Positions 1 to 13,500 of a DNA stretch of 41,149 nt are shown piece by piece (position 1 is the stretch's first letter; every line of letters begins with the position of its first letter). A program made the translations under genes and the position numbers. This stretch comes from an uncultured Victivallales bacterium (GTDB lineage: Bacteria > Verrucomicrobiota > Kiritimatiellia > UBA8416 > CAYOBW01), in assembly GCA_964402115.1 (NCBI GenBank), contig CAYOBW010000001.1, positions 63,645 through 104,793 on the forward strand. Direction: 5' to 3'. A model generated the notes under the pieces. It was not told where the DNA came from, did not search any database, and worked only from the letters and a program-made list of their open reading frames with translations.

Positions 1-231
1 TTGCACGATACGACCGGCGAGTACCGCTTCATGGCGTCGACCAACAGGATGGACGACGGCGACGGCTTCCTCGATCTCAGCGCGGCCGTGGCAACCTACC
101 TGGCCGCCCACGCACTCGGGGATGTGTTCGACGGCGGCGAAGTCGTGCAGGTGACGGGCATCGAGCTCTACAGCCGGCGCCGGACCGTGCCGGCGGCGGA
201 CCTGTTCGAAGTTTGGGCCAACGGCAATTAG
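1..231 (+). CDS. 3' end of an upstream gene (partial, hypothetical protein)
   Basis: Open frame entering the window and ending at the TAA at 229-231. No recognisable motifs in the 76 aa seen. Confidence 0.35.
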   Translation: MHDTTGEYRFMASTNRMDDGDGFLDLSAAVATYLAAHALGDVFDGGEVVQVTGIELYSRRRTVPAADLFEVWANGN

Positions 232-260
232 CAAGGACCGTAACGGGGGGAGCGCCAACC

Positions 261-1502
261 ATGCATACATCCACGCGAAGATCCGTCCTCGTTCTGCTGG
301 GCGCCACGCTGTGCGGCGCCGGCCCCACGGGCGCGCAGGCGCCCGTCGCGCCGCCGGCCCCGGCGGGCACGAACGTGGCAGCCATCGCGGCTGCCGCTGC
401 CGCCGCACCGGGCGCCGGGCGCATCGAGTTTGTGCCGCCCAGCCACCAATGGCGCGTGTCGGGCGGGGCGTTGTACCGCACTTTCGACCGCGTCGGCTTC
501 CGCAGCGGCGCCTACTCGACGGCCGGCGCGGTGCCGCGGCTCTTCCCGGGGGGGCACGGCGTGGACTACGGGCCGGTGGGGCCGGCCGACGCCTACGCCG
601 ACCGGCAGTACGACAATGGTTTCGTGCGGCTCGACTCCGGCACCACGCTCAACGGCGACACCTGGTACTGGGGCTACGATGCCGCCGCGCAGGTGGGCGG
701 CGGGTCGCTGACCTTCCAGCGCGCCATGGGGACCGAAGCGCGCAGCGACGCCCGCTCCCTGGCGGAGCCGTACGCGTGGGAGGACGACACGCTCGCGGCG
801 CCTGGCGTCTTCGTCGAGGCCGAACGCTGCTTCAGCCAGATCGGCGGCGTGGACCTTGGCCTGCTGTTGAACGGCGCCTGGAGCGCGTTCGACGCGGAAC
901 ATGCCGGAACGTCGTTCTCGGCCGAACAGCGCTACCATGAGGAAGCCGTCGCGCTGACGGACCGCTACGAGCTGCTGGGTGTCGTGCCGCCGGCCGCGCC
1001 TTACGGCACGGCCACGTACGACGGCCCGGGGCCGCTGCTGCCCAACCTCCCGGCGGCGCGCACATCGTCCGCCGCCACCGTGTCCGACGGCGCGGCGAGC
1101 TTCGTCAACCGTGTCAGCGAGGCGGTGGACCTGGACGTGCTGACCCTGGCCCTGGCCGCCTCGGCCTCGCGCGAGTTCGGACGCGTGGCGCTGGAGCTGG
1201 CCGCGGGACCGTCGCTGTCGCTCGTGCTGGCCGACGCGACGTTTCACGAGGTGCTCACCGGCACGCGCGGCGGACGGACGTTCACCGTGAACGAGTGGAC
1301 GGCGTCGGATTCACGCGAGGCGTGGCAGTGGGGCGTTTTCGGGCAGGCGGGCCTGAATGTCGCCGTCACCGGGCGTCTGCGCCTGGGGGTGTTCGGCCGC
1401 TACGATTGGGTGGAAGACGTCGAGGGCCGGGTGGGGCCGTCGTCTTACACGGCTGAACTGTCGGGTGTGTCCGGGGGCGTCGTTCTGGGCTGGGTGAATT
1501 GA
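261..1502 (+). CDS. Hypothetical secreted protein (414 aa), possibly outer-membrane/beta-rich; likely co-transcribed with the giant gene
   Basis: ATG at 261 gives MHTSTRRSVLVLLGATLCGAGPTGAQA, a Sec-type signal peptide. Ala/Gly-rich with alternating beta-like C-terminus (...AELSGVSGGVVLGWVN). Stop at 1500-1502, only 15 nt before the start of the 14 kb gene. Confidence 0.55.
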   Translation: MHTSTRRSVLVLLGATLCGAGPTGAQAPVAPPAPAGTNVAAIAAAAAAAPGAGRIEFVPPSHQWRVSGGALYRTFDRVGFRSGAYSTAGAVPRLFPGGHGVDYGPVGPADAYADRQYDNGFVRLDSGTTLNGDTWYWGYDAAAQVGGGSLTFQRAMGTEARSDARSLAEPYAWEDDTLAAPGVFVEAERCFSQIGGVDLGLLLNGAWSAFDAEHAGTSFSAEQRYHEEAVALTDRYELLGVVPPAAPYGTATYDGPGPLLPNLPAARTSSAATVSDGAASFVNRVSEAVDLDVLTLALAASASREFGRVALELAAGPSLSLVLADATFHEVLTGTRGGRTFTVNEWTASDSREAWQWGVFGQAGLNVAVTGRLRLGVFGRYDWVEDVEGRVGPSSYTAELSGVSGGVVLGWVN

Positions 1503-1517
1503 GCAAGAGGTGCAACC

Positions 1518-4500
1518 ATGAAACGGTGCGCATGCGGTAAATGGGTCCTGGCGGCTGCCTTGGCGGCAGGCGCGACAGCGGGGCAGGCGGCGACGCCTGC
1601 CGTGGGCGTGCTCGGGCAGGAGTCCGACGGCACCATCAAACTCAGGCTGCAGGGCGGCACGAACAGCGTGCACGCGATCCAGGCTGGCAGCAACCTGGTG
1701 GACTGGGCCACCATTCTCGCGGTGCGCCCGGAAAGCACGAACGGGATCACGTTCACCGACCCGGAGAGCGCGAAGCAGCCGCGCCGCTACTACCGCGTCG
1801 TGGAGCACAAAGGCCTGCGCGATACGACGGCGCCGGGCTGGAATGGCGACCTGGGCCTGCGGTTCAGCCGGAGCGGCACGAACGGGCTGAACCTCGCCTG
1901 GGCCGGCGCCCGCGACGCGATCGGCGTGGCTGCCTACCGCATCTACATCAACGGCCGCCCGGCCACGACGCTGCTGGGCAACGTGCACAGCCTGACGTTG
2001 ACGGGGCTGGACTTCACCGAGCGGCAGGACATCCGGATCGAGGCCGTGGATGCCTCCGGCAACGTCTCCGGGCGCGAGGCGCTGATCTACGTGCCCGGCG
2101 ACGCGCTCCTCGCCGCGACCGACGACAGCGGCAATCTCTACGTCTCGGCGTGGCAGACCAACGCGTTCGCCAACCTGCAGGTCGTGGCGAACCTCGGCGT
2201 GATGGCGCGCGGCGTGACCATGGGGGATTTCGATCGCGACGGCATCCAGGACCTGGTGTCGTGCTATCACACGAACTGGCGCCTGTATCCCCGCTTCTTC
2301 CGCGGGCGGGCCGACGGCACGTACGAACCGGCGCGCGAACTGCCCAGCTGCGCGGGCGGCACGTGGGTCGCCGGCATGGCCGCGGACGACTATGACGCCG
2401 ACGGCTTCCTCGACTTCATCGTGGGCAGCGGCGACTCCGGCTGGCTGGGTTTCTACTGGGGTAACGGCGACGGCACCTTCACGGTTACCGAGGGGCAGTA
2501 CGCGGCCAACGGCCGCGCCATGGACAGCGGCGACGTCAACGAGGACGGCCTGCCCGACTTCGTGCGCGCGGAGTACGGGGCCGGCTACCTGCGCTGCTAC
2601 CTCTCGCGCGGCGACCGCACCTTCGCGCAGACCAACCTGGTCGGCGATGTGGGCGACGACCCCTACGGCGTGGCGCTCGGCGACTTCGACGAGGACGGAC
2701 ACCTCGACGTGCTGGCGAACAGCGGCGGCAGCGGCGACGCCTACCTGTACAAGGGCTACGGCAACGGCCTGTTCTCGAACGGCGTGAACGTGGCCTCCGT
2801 GGACGCAAACGACTATGCCGCGTGGGACGCCTGGGACTACAACGGCGACGGGCACCTCGACATCGTGATGACCACCTACAACAACCAGAACGTCTACTAC
2901 TACCCCGGCCTGGGCGATGGCGCCTTTGCCGCGCGCACGGTGCTGCCCAACCGTCCGGGCAACCGCTCCCTCGGCATCGCCGCCCCGCTGCTCGCGCCGC
3001 GGGTGGACGTGCGCATCAGCCCCGAGCTGCCCGCCGTCCCGCTCAACCGTTTCCTCGCCCTGGCCGCCGCGGGCGGGGGTGTCCGGCCGACCGACGCGTT
3101 TGCCTGGCGGTTCGACGACGGCAGCGTGCTCCACGGCCAGATCGTGAGCAATCGCTGGGCGACCGAGGGGCGCCGCGTCGTGCGGCTGACGCACACCAAC
3201 GCCACGGGGGTCGCGAGCGTGCGCGGCACCTGGATCACCGTGACCGGCCTGCCGCCCAGCGCCAATGCCGGCGGCCCCTACACGTTCGGCGAAGACAAGG
3301 CCAGCCAGCTGCGCTGGACGGCCGAACTCGACGGCGGCGCCTCCACCGACGACTTCCCGCTCGTTGCGTTCATCTGGAACTTCGGCGACGGCACGGTGGC
3401 GACCAACGGCACGAACACGGTTGTCACCCACACCTGGACCAACACGGGACCGTGGGCCGTGACTCTGACCGTCGTGGACCGGGCGCGCCAGCTCGGCACG
3501 AACCTCACTACCGTGACCTTCGTGCCCGGCGCACCCCCCGTGGCTGCCATCAGCGCGCCCTCCCAGGTGGACGAAGCCGTCGCCAGCCAGGGGCGCTGGA
3601 CCGTTCCGCTTTCCGCCGCCGCCTCCACCGACGACAACGGCATCTGGAAATACGAGTGGCGCTTCGGCGACGGCAAGACCGGCTCAGGGCGCGACGTGAC
3701 CGCGGCCTTCGCGGCCACCAACCACTACACGGTCGAACTGACGGTCACGGACCATGCCGGCCAGACCAACCGCACCACGCACGCCCTCGCCGTGGCTGAC
3801 AACGACTCCCCCGTTGCCCGTATCCGGGCTGCCGCGGTCGTGGACGAGACGGCGGCGCGCAACGGCGTCTGGAACGCGAATTTCTCGGCCGAGGATTCCA
3901 CCGACGACTTCGGCCTCTGGAAGTACGACTGGGCCTTCGGCGACGGCAAGACGGGCGCGGGCCGCACGGTGGGGACGACCTACGGGGCCGCGAACGCCTA
4001 CACCGTGACCCTGACGGTCACGGACCACGCCGGCCAGCGCCACAGCAGCACGTTCAACGTGCGGATCAAGGCCAACTACTACCCCATGCCCATGATCTGG
4101 GGACCGACGCGCCTGGACGAAGCCGTGGCCACGAACGGGCTGTGGTTCGGCGCGTGGGATGGCTCCATCTCCTCGGACGACACCGGCATTTCCCGCCACG
4201 ACTGGCGCTTCGGCGATGGCGACACGGCCAGCGGCTCGCGGGTCACGCACCAGTACCGCCGGGCCGGCGTCTACCCGCTCAGCCTCACGGTCACCGACCA
4301 CGGCAACCAGGCCATGACCGTTACGCAGCGCGTCACCGTGGCCGCGAACGAGCCGCCCGTGGCCCGGCTGACGGCCAGCCCGCTGACGCCCGAGGGGGCG
4401 CAGCCCGTGGACTTCAGCGCCGCTGCCTCCACTGACGACTTCGGGATCATGCGCTACCGCTGGCTGCTGCCGCCGCGCGTCTTCGCGTTCGACGGCAACG

Positions 4501-7500
4501 CCGTCGACCACCTGCAGTGGGTCGCCACGGATGGCGTGACGCAGGGCGACCGGCTGGCGGTGGCGGGCGTAAGCACGTGGGACACCCGCTACGTTCTTGC
4601 GCGCGACACCCTGTTGCGCCGCGGTTCCGTCTTCGAGTGTCGCGTCGACACCGCCGCCGGCAGCGGCACGCACGCCATGGTTGGGTTCAAGAATTTGAAC
4701 GCGGCCAGCGGGCACTACAACCAATTTCCGTGCGCGCTGTACTTCAACAACGGCACCCTCGAGGTGTATGAGTACGGCAGCGGCCGGGGCAGCTTCGGCG
4801 GCTACACGCGCGGCACCTCCTACGACGTGCGCATCGAAACCAAGCCCGACGCCGGCGCTCGCTACTACCTGCGGGCCAGCGGCACGGGCGACGCCTTCCA
4901 GCTCGTCTACGACAGCCCGAACCAGGCGGACACCGCCTTTTCGTTCGGGATGGTCGTGTATGCCGGCACGTTCGGCCTGGACGACGTGCGCGTGACCGAA
5001 GTCTACCGCGACGCGCGCGCCCTGCGCGCGCCCGTGTGGCCCGCGGGTACGGTCACGCTGGAAGTGGTGGACCACGCGATGCAGACCGCCCGCACCAGCG
5101 TCGCGATCAATTCCTTCACCGGCGCGCCGCCTGCCGCGGTCATCAGCGGTCCCGCGGGCGGGGCCACCGGCGCCGAACTCGCGTTCGACGGCTCCGGATC
5201 GAGCGACGATCACGGCGTGGCCTCGTACATGTGGAGCTTCGGCGACGGCACGCCCGCTGCCTACACCGCGCTGGCGCCGCACTTCTTCGGGGCGGCCGGC
5301 GTTTACGAGGTCACGCTGGCTGTGCGCGACTTCGCGGGGCAGGCCAGCGTGGCCACGCAGCGGGTGACGATCGTGGGCGAGCCGCTCGTGGTAGCCGTGC
5401 CCTGGCGCATCGTGGGCGATGTGGAGTTGCCGCACGAAACCTGGACCAACCGGACGATTACGCTGAAGGCCGTGGCTGAGAACGTCGCGACGCCGTTCGA
5501 CTGGCGCTGGGATTTCGGCGACGGCTCGCCGGCGGTCACGGGCACGGCCGCGACCGTGGCGCAAGCGTTTGGACTCGAAGCGCGCCATGCCTACACGGGC
5601 TCCGAGGGCACGCCTTTCACGGCCACGATCACGATTACGACCACGAACGGCCTCTCCTCGTCCGACAGGTACTCCGTGTTGATCCGTCCGAAGACGCTGA
5701 AGGCGGAGATGAACGTAGCCATCGACGAGGGCTTGTGGTTCATGCACAAGAGCCAGGTGCGCAATTTCGCCAATCCCGCCAGGCCCGAAGGCTACTGGGA
5801 ATTCCGGGGCTACGGCTACTTCCTGGAGAACGTGACGGCGTCTGCCGTTCAGGGCTACGCGATCAACGGGCACCAGGAAGGGGGCGACGCCGCCCGCGAT
5901 CCTTATGTCAACACCGTCAGGCGGGCTGTCACGTTCCTGCTGAACCGCCTCCGCAGCGTCAGCATCGCGACGCAGACGTATGGCGACCCGGACAGCAACC
6001 GCAACGGCATCGGCCTGGTCGCCAGCGACGACCGGGGCCCCTACAATGTCGGGCCGATCATCGACGCCCTGGTGGCCAACGGTGACCCGGAACGGATTGC
6101 CCAAACGGGAGCCGCCAACGTGCGCGGGCGGTACTATCGCGACCTCGTGGCCGACATGGTTGACGCCTATGCCTGGGCGCAGTCGGATCAAACGTGGGGC
6201 GGCGGCTGGCAGTATGGCTGGAACGATCAGGCCGCCGACAACTCGGTCAGCCAGTGGGGCGCCATCGGCATGCTCGCCGCCGAGCACTACTGGCGCCTCG
6301 AAGCGCCCCGCTGGGCGAAAGAGCGCAACCTCGTGTGGCTGGAAAACACCCGCGGCGCGTCCGGCTGGGCTTACCAGAGTCGCGGGGACTCGCTCGTCCT
6401 CACGCCCTCGGCGCTGATTCAGGCGACGTGGGCCGGGCTGACGACCGGCAGCGGTTACTGGCGGCAAGGCGAGGACTACATTGCCAGGAACTGGGCGACG
6501 ATCATGAGCTGGTACGACATGTACGCCGAGTTCGGCATCGCCAAGGCCATGCGGCTGGCGCAGCCGCAACCCGTCACCCGGTTTGCGGCCACGGGCAAGG
6601 ACTGGTTCCTCGATCCCGTGGATGGCATGGCGCGGCTGACGATCGACCGCCAGGGCGGGGACGGCTCGTGGCTGGCTTCCTCGCGTTCCTACCTCGGCGA
6701 CCGGATGATGTCCAGCGCCTGGTCCATTCTCATCCTGTCCAGTTCGCTCTTCCAGCAGGGGCCGGTCGCCGTGGTCCATGTGCGGCCGAATCCCTGCAAG
6801 ATCGCCTGGCCCGTGCGCTTCGACGCCTCGGGTTCCTACCACCAGCACCCCTCCTTCCGCATCACCGAGTACCGCTGGGACTTCGACCAGGCTGACGGCG
6901 TGAACTTCGACACGCCCGACGCCGTCGGCCCCATTGTCCAGCACCCCTTTGGCAGCAACCGCACCTACACGGTGTCGCTGCAGGTGCGCGACAACAACAC
7001 GCCGCCCGCCTATGACGTGGCGCTGCTGACGGTCGCGATCAACGACCTGCCGCATCCGCCCGTGGCTGACGCCGGCGGGCCGTACGTGGCCGCCGTGGGC
7101 GAAGCGCTCCACCTCGACGGCACGGGCTCGTTCGACATCGACGTTTCCGACGGCGACGCCATCCGCGCCTACGACTGGGATGTGGACTTCGTGCAGCCGC
7201 TGGACTTCGCCGACGGCGTGACGGGGTCGCAGCCGCACGTCCTCCAGGGCTTCGCCGCGGCGGGCGTGCACAACGTCGGCCTGCGGGTCACGGACAGCAC
7301 GGCCAGCGTCTACCCGAACCAGCAAAGCGACTTGTCGAGCGACGCGTTCGCCACGGTCACGGTTTACGACGAGCTGGTGACCGATCTCCGCGCGCGCCCC
7401 AAGCGCAGCAAGATCCAGCTGACCTGGACGCAGGTCGGCGTCCGGGTCGACGTGCACCGGAGCACGGTTAGCGCCAGCACGGGCTTCGTGAAGATCGGCG

Positions 7501-10500
7501 AGACGACCTCGCCGTATGCGACCTACCTGGACAGCACGGTCGCAGAGGGCGCGGACTACTTCTACCGCATCTACGTGTTCGACCTCACCCATCCCGACCC
7601 CATCGGCGTTTCGCGCGCGGTTTACGCGAAGGCGCCGCGCGCGGGCGACGCCGCCGGCGCTGCCCCGTTCTTCACCTCCACCCCGCCGACGGGCGCGACG
7701 CTGGGGCGGACGTACGCCTACCAGGCGCGCGCCGTGGATCCCGGCGGCAGCGCGCTCGTGTACGAACTGCTGGCCGGACCCACCGGCATGGTGGTCAACG
7801 CCGCCGGCGGGTTCGTGACGCTGACGCCGACCGTGGCTCAACTGGGCCAGCACGACGTCTGGCTGCAGGCGCGCAATCCCGCCGGCCAGACCGCGCTGCA
7901 GGCCTACAAGCTGACAATCGACGCGACGGTGAACCAGCCGCCCGTGGCGGCGCTGCAGGGGCCGCGCACCGGCGTGCAGGGCGCGGCGCTGGCCTTCGCC
8001 TCGCTCGGCACGCAGGATCCTGACGGCGATGCGCTCGGCTATCTCTGGAGCTTCGGCGACGGGGCGACGGCGGCCACGCCCAACCCCGTGCATGTCTACC
8101 CGGCGGCCGGGCTGTACAGCGTGCAGCTCTTTGTCAACGATGGCCACGGCGGCACCGCCAGCGCCTCGCTGCTGGTCGGCATCACGCCGCCCAACCGCGC
8201 GCCGGTGGCTCTCGTCGATGGCGGGCCGGCCTTCGCCGTGCGCATGCGCCATCCCCTGGCGCTGAACGGCCGCCCGTCCTACGACTACGACGGCGATCCG
8301 CTGACTTTCGCCTGGAGCTGGGGCGATGGCGCGCCGGACGGCGCCGGCCTCGCCGCGAGCCACGCCTACGGCGCGCTGGGCACGTTCACCGGCCGCCTGG
8401 CCGTGACCGACGGCCGCGGCGGGCGCGGCGAGTACGCGTTCACCGTCGCGGTCTCCGCCTCCAACCGCTTCCCCGTCGCGGCACTTGACGTTCCGCAGCC
8501 GGGTACGAACGTCATGGACCGGTTCACCTTCGACGCGTCCGCCTCCACGGATCCTGACAACGATCCGCTGCTCTACTACTGGAACTTCGGCGACAACTCC
8601 GCGATCATGGGTCCCGTGGCCGCGCACTTCTACGCGCAGCCGGGCGATTACACCGTGCGCGTCGCCGTTGTGGACAACCACGCCGCGACGGGCATGGCGC
8701 TGCGCGTGGTCCACGTCAACGCGCCGCCCGTGTTCCAATCCACGCCGTCGCTCACCAACCGGCAGGGCGCCGCCTACACTTACCGGCCCGTGGTCACGGA
8801 CGCCGACGGCGACCCGCTCGCGTTCTCGCTGGCCACGGGGCCGGCGACGATGGGCCTGGAGAGCCCGACCAACGGCGTGCTGAACTGGACGACGAGCAAC
8901 GACGACGTTGGCGCCAACCGCGTCGCGCTGGTCGTTACCGACGGTCACGGCAGCGTGGTCACGCAGGCCTTCGTGGTCACCGTGGCGGATGTGAACGACC
9001 CGCCCGAGATCAGCTCGACCCCCGGCACCAATGCGACCGAGGAGGTGCTCTACACGTACCAGCTGCACGCCCGCGACGTGGACGACACGAACCTCCAGTT
9101 CAGTCTCGTGACCCGGCCGCCGAACATGGTGCTGAACCCGATCAGCGGGCTGCTGTGGTGGACGCCCGAGAACGTTCACACCGGCGCGAACCCGGTTGTC
9201 GTGACCGTGAGCGACCCGCGCGGCGGCGTGGCGACGCAGCGCTTCACGATCGTCGTGGCCGACGTGAACGATCCGCCCGTGATCACGACCACTCCGGTCG
9301 TCGCGGCGACGGAAGACACGCCTTACACGCATGACGTGGACGCGGCGGACCCGGACGATGCGGCCGGCACGCTGCGCTTTGCGCTGAACCTGGCCCCGCC
9401 GGGCATGGTCATCGACCATGTCACGGGCGTGATCGCCTGGACCCCGCTCGCGGCCTCGCCGGGCGAGCCGGTGCAGGTTGTCGCTTTCGACCCGCGCGGC
9501 GGGGTGGCGACCCAGGGCTTCACCGTGGTCGTGGCCAACGTGAACGATGCCCCGGTGATCGGCTCCCGGCCGGTCTACCAGGCGCTGGTCAACGTTGGCT
9601 ATCGCTACGACGTCAACGCCACGGACGAGGACGGTGACGCCCTCGCGTACGAGCTGGGCGCCGGCCCCGCGGGCCTGGCGATCGACCCGGCCAGCGGCCT
9701 CGTCACCTGGACCCCGGCGGCGGGGCAGGAGGGGACGGCCACCGTCACCGTCGTTGCGCGCGACGCCCCGGGCGCCACCGGCTCGCAGACGTACACGCTC
9801 GTGGTGCAGGCGGCCAACCGCGCTCCGTTCTTCACCAGCGTGGCGCCTGCCACGGCATCCGAGGACCGGCTCTACACGTACGACGCGAACGCCACCGACC
9901 CCGACGGCAACCCGCTGACGTACCAGCTCGCGGGCCTGCTGCCGGCGGACCTGACCTGCGACCCGGCCACGGGCCTCGTTCAGTGGACGCCGTCCGCCGC
10001 CTACAACGGGGACGTGGTGACCGTGCAGGTGTGGGCGGCCGATGCCTTCATCGGCACGAGCCAGACCTTTACCGTGACCGTGGCGCCCGTGAACGACGCG
10101 CCCGTCTTCACCTCCGCGCCCGTGACCAATGCCGAGGTGGGCATGGTGTACGGCTACACGGCGGAGGCCGTGGATGAAGAGGGCGACGCCATCGCGTACA
10201 GCCTGCCGACCGCTCCGGCCGGGCTCGCTCTGACCGCCGCCGGCGCGGGCGCGACAAACGTGCTGACCTGGCGGCCCGCGGCCGGGCAGGTCGGCGCGCG
10301 CGCGGTCGTCGTGCGGGCGCGCGATGCGGGCGGCGCCGTGACCGACCAGTCCTTCACCGTGCGGGTCGTGGACGGGCGGCACCCGCCCGTCGTGGCCGGC
10401 ATCGGCGACCAGGTCGTGCAGGATCCGAACGCCTTCCTGCAGGTCGCGCTCGATGACTTCGTGGCGGACCCCGACCACGCGGACGCCGAACTGGCGTGGA

Positions 10501-13500
10501 CCGTGCAGGGCCGGTCGCGGCTGACGGTGGCCATCACCAACCGCATCGCCACCATCGGCTACGCCCCCGGCACGCGCGTCACCGAGACGCTCACCTTCAC
10601 GGCCCGCGACCCCGACAACCTGACCGGCTTCGCGACGGCTACCTTCACCGTCGCGGAGCCATCGCAGGACAGCGTGCCGCCGGTGCTGTTCCTGGACATC
10701 CCCGAGGGCGGGGAGCGCAACACGCCCCTGGCCCTCGACGTTCTGGCCGAGGACAACGAGGGTGTGGCCAACGTGACGGTCAAGGTCGATGGCGTGGCGC
10801 GGCCCGTGCAGAACCTCGGCGGCGGCCGCTACCGGGTGATCTACACCACGCCCGCGGTCGGCTTGCACACCGTGCTGGCCACCGTGATCGACCGCGCCGG
10901 AAACGCCTTCAGCGACACGCGCACGACGCTGATCGTCGACCCGGCCGTGACAGCCGCCGGCCTGCAGGCGGCCATCACGGCGCCGGTCGAGGACGCGCTC
11001 CTGGGCGACGTGACCGAGGTGCAGGGCACGGCGCTCGGGCCGAACTTCGTCGACTACGTGCTGGAGTATGCGGAGAACGGCACGGCGGACTACGTGGAGT
11101 TCGCGCGCGGCGCGGCCCCGGTGGCCGACGGGCCGCTGGGCACGCTCGACCCGTCCACGCTGCCCGCCGGCGTTTACACGCTGCGGCTGACCGTGCGCAA
11201 CACCGGCGGCGCCAAGCGCAGCGCCAGCATCGTGGTGGAGCTGACCGGCAACGAGATCATCGGGCCGTTCGCCCTGCGCTTCAAGGACAAGACCCTGCAC
11301 GTGGGCGGCTTCCCGATCGGCATCGTGCGCACCTACGACAACCGCGCGCGCGGCGTGCCCGGCGACTTCGGCTACGGCTGGGACCTGGCCTTCTCCGACG
11401 TGAAGCTGGTGAGCCGCTACGTGCCGGGCGACCACTGGGTCATGGATACGGAGCGGGGCTTCTTCCCGGTCTACACGCTGCGGGCGACGAAACAGCAGAC
11501 GCTCACCGTGTACTTCGGCGACCGCGACAAGCACACCTTCCGCATGCAGCCGTCGCCGCGATCCTCGATCCTGTACCCGATCAGCTTCCTGGAAGGCATG
11601 GAGTATGACGCGGTGAGCGGGGCGAAGGGCAGCATCGCTCCGGACAGCGGCGCCTCCTACTTCGACGGCGGCGTGATCCTGGACGCGGGGTTCGAGATCT
11701 TCGACCCGCAGGTCTACCACTACACGGCGGCCAACGGCTACCGCTACACCTTCCGCAAGCCGCCGTCGGGCACCCTGCGGTACGAGCTCGAGCGCATCAC
11801 CGATCCCGATGGCAACAGCCTGACCATGTCCGATGCCGGCATCGTGCGCTCCGACGGCACGACGCTGCGCTTCGTGCGCGACGCGGCCAACCGCGTCATG
11901 CGCATTGAGGATCCGCTCGGCGCCACCATCCACTACGAGTACAGCGTGCGCGGCGACCTCGCGGCGGTGGTGGACGAGCTCGGCAACCGCACGACGTTCA
12001 TCTACAACCGCGACCACAACCTGCGGGAAATCCGCGACCCGCTCAACCGGCCGCTCCAGAAGCAGGAGTTCGACACGAACGGGCGCCTGGTGGCCCTCAC
12101 CGACGCCAACGGCAGCCGGCTGACGCTCGAGCACGACCTGGACGCCAACACGGAGATCCTCCGCGACCGGCGCGGCAACGCGAAGATCTTCCAGTACAAC
12201 GACGCCGGCTACGTGCTCAAGCAGACCGAGTTCCCGACCGTGCACGGCGTGGTCATGCCCGTCACGACCACGAACGAGTACGCCGCCGAGAACCGGCTTG
12301 CGGCCGACAACCTCGGCGGGCGGCGGCGCGCGTACACGTACGACGCCACCGGCAAGCTGCTGAGCGAGATCGTCGACGTGGGCGGGCTCAACCTCGCCAC
12401 CCGCTACACCTACTCGGCCGCCGGCAAGCTGGAGAGCGTGCTCGACGCCAACGGCCATGTGGCCACGAACCTCTACAACGCCAGCAGGCAGCGCACGCAG
12501 CGCGTGGACCGGGCCGGCGCCGTGACCACCTACACCTACGGCGCCCAGGGGCGGCGCGTGCGCGAGACGGACGCCCTCGGCAACTACACGGAGTACGACT
12601 ACGACGGGCGCAGCAACAAGATCCGCAGCGAGCGCTTCAGCGCCGACGGCGTGAGCCTGCGCAAGCAAACCTACACCTACGACGCCAACGGCAACAAGCT
12701 CACGGAGACCCTGCACCTGACCGTCGACGGCGTCGCGCAGCCGGTGACCACGAGCTACCGCCATGACGCGAAGGGCCGCGTGGTGGCCGTGACGGACGCG
12801 CTTGGGCACACCGCCAGCAATGTCTACGACAGCCTCGGGCAGGTGATCGAGACGGTGGACAAGCTCGGCGGGCGCACGCGCTACACCTACGACATGATGC
12901 GGCAGCTCGTGCGCACCGACCACCCGGACGGCACCTTCGAGACGCGCGCCTACGATCCGGACGGCAACGCCACGTCGCGCACGGACCGGGCGGGGGTGAC
13001 CCGGGTCTATGCCTACGATGCGGTCAAGCGCATCACGCAGGTCACGTCGCCCGGCGGCGCGGCGCGGCGCTTCGAGTACGATGTCTTCGGCAACCGCACG
13101 GCGGAGATCGACGAGTTCGGGCAGCGCACCGACTACGTCTTCGACAAGGCCGGCCGCCAGCTGGCCGTGCTGCTGCCGTCGGTCGTGGACGCCCGCAGCG
13201 GCGCAGCCGGGCGGCCGGTCATCGGGCACGCGTACGATCCCAACGGCAATCTCACGGCCCTGGTGGATGCGAACAGCAACCGCACGGCGTACGTTTTCGA
13301 CGCCGAGAACCGCCTGCTGGCGACGCGCCTCGCGGACGGGCACGTGCTGACCAACCGCTACGACGCGCTGGGCCGTCTCGTGGCCAAGAGCGATGCCGCG
13401 GGGAATACGGTGACGTACGCGTTCGACGCCCTCGACCGCGTCGTCTCCGTCACCCAGCCCGCCGTGGCCGGGCAGCCCGCGGCGGTGACCCGCTACGCGT

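Noticed and set aside
1311-3431. 706-aa minus-strand ORF across the start of the giant gene
   Set aside because: Antisense shadow frame, low-complexity translation.
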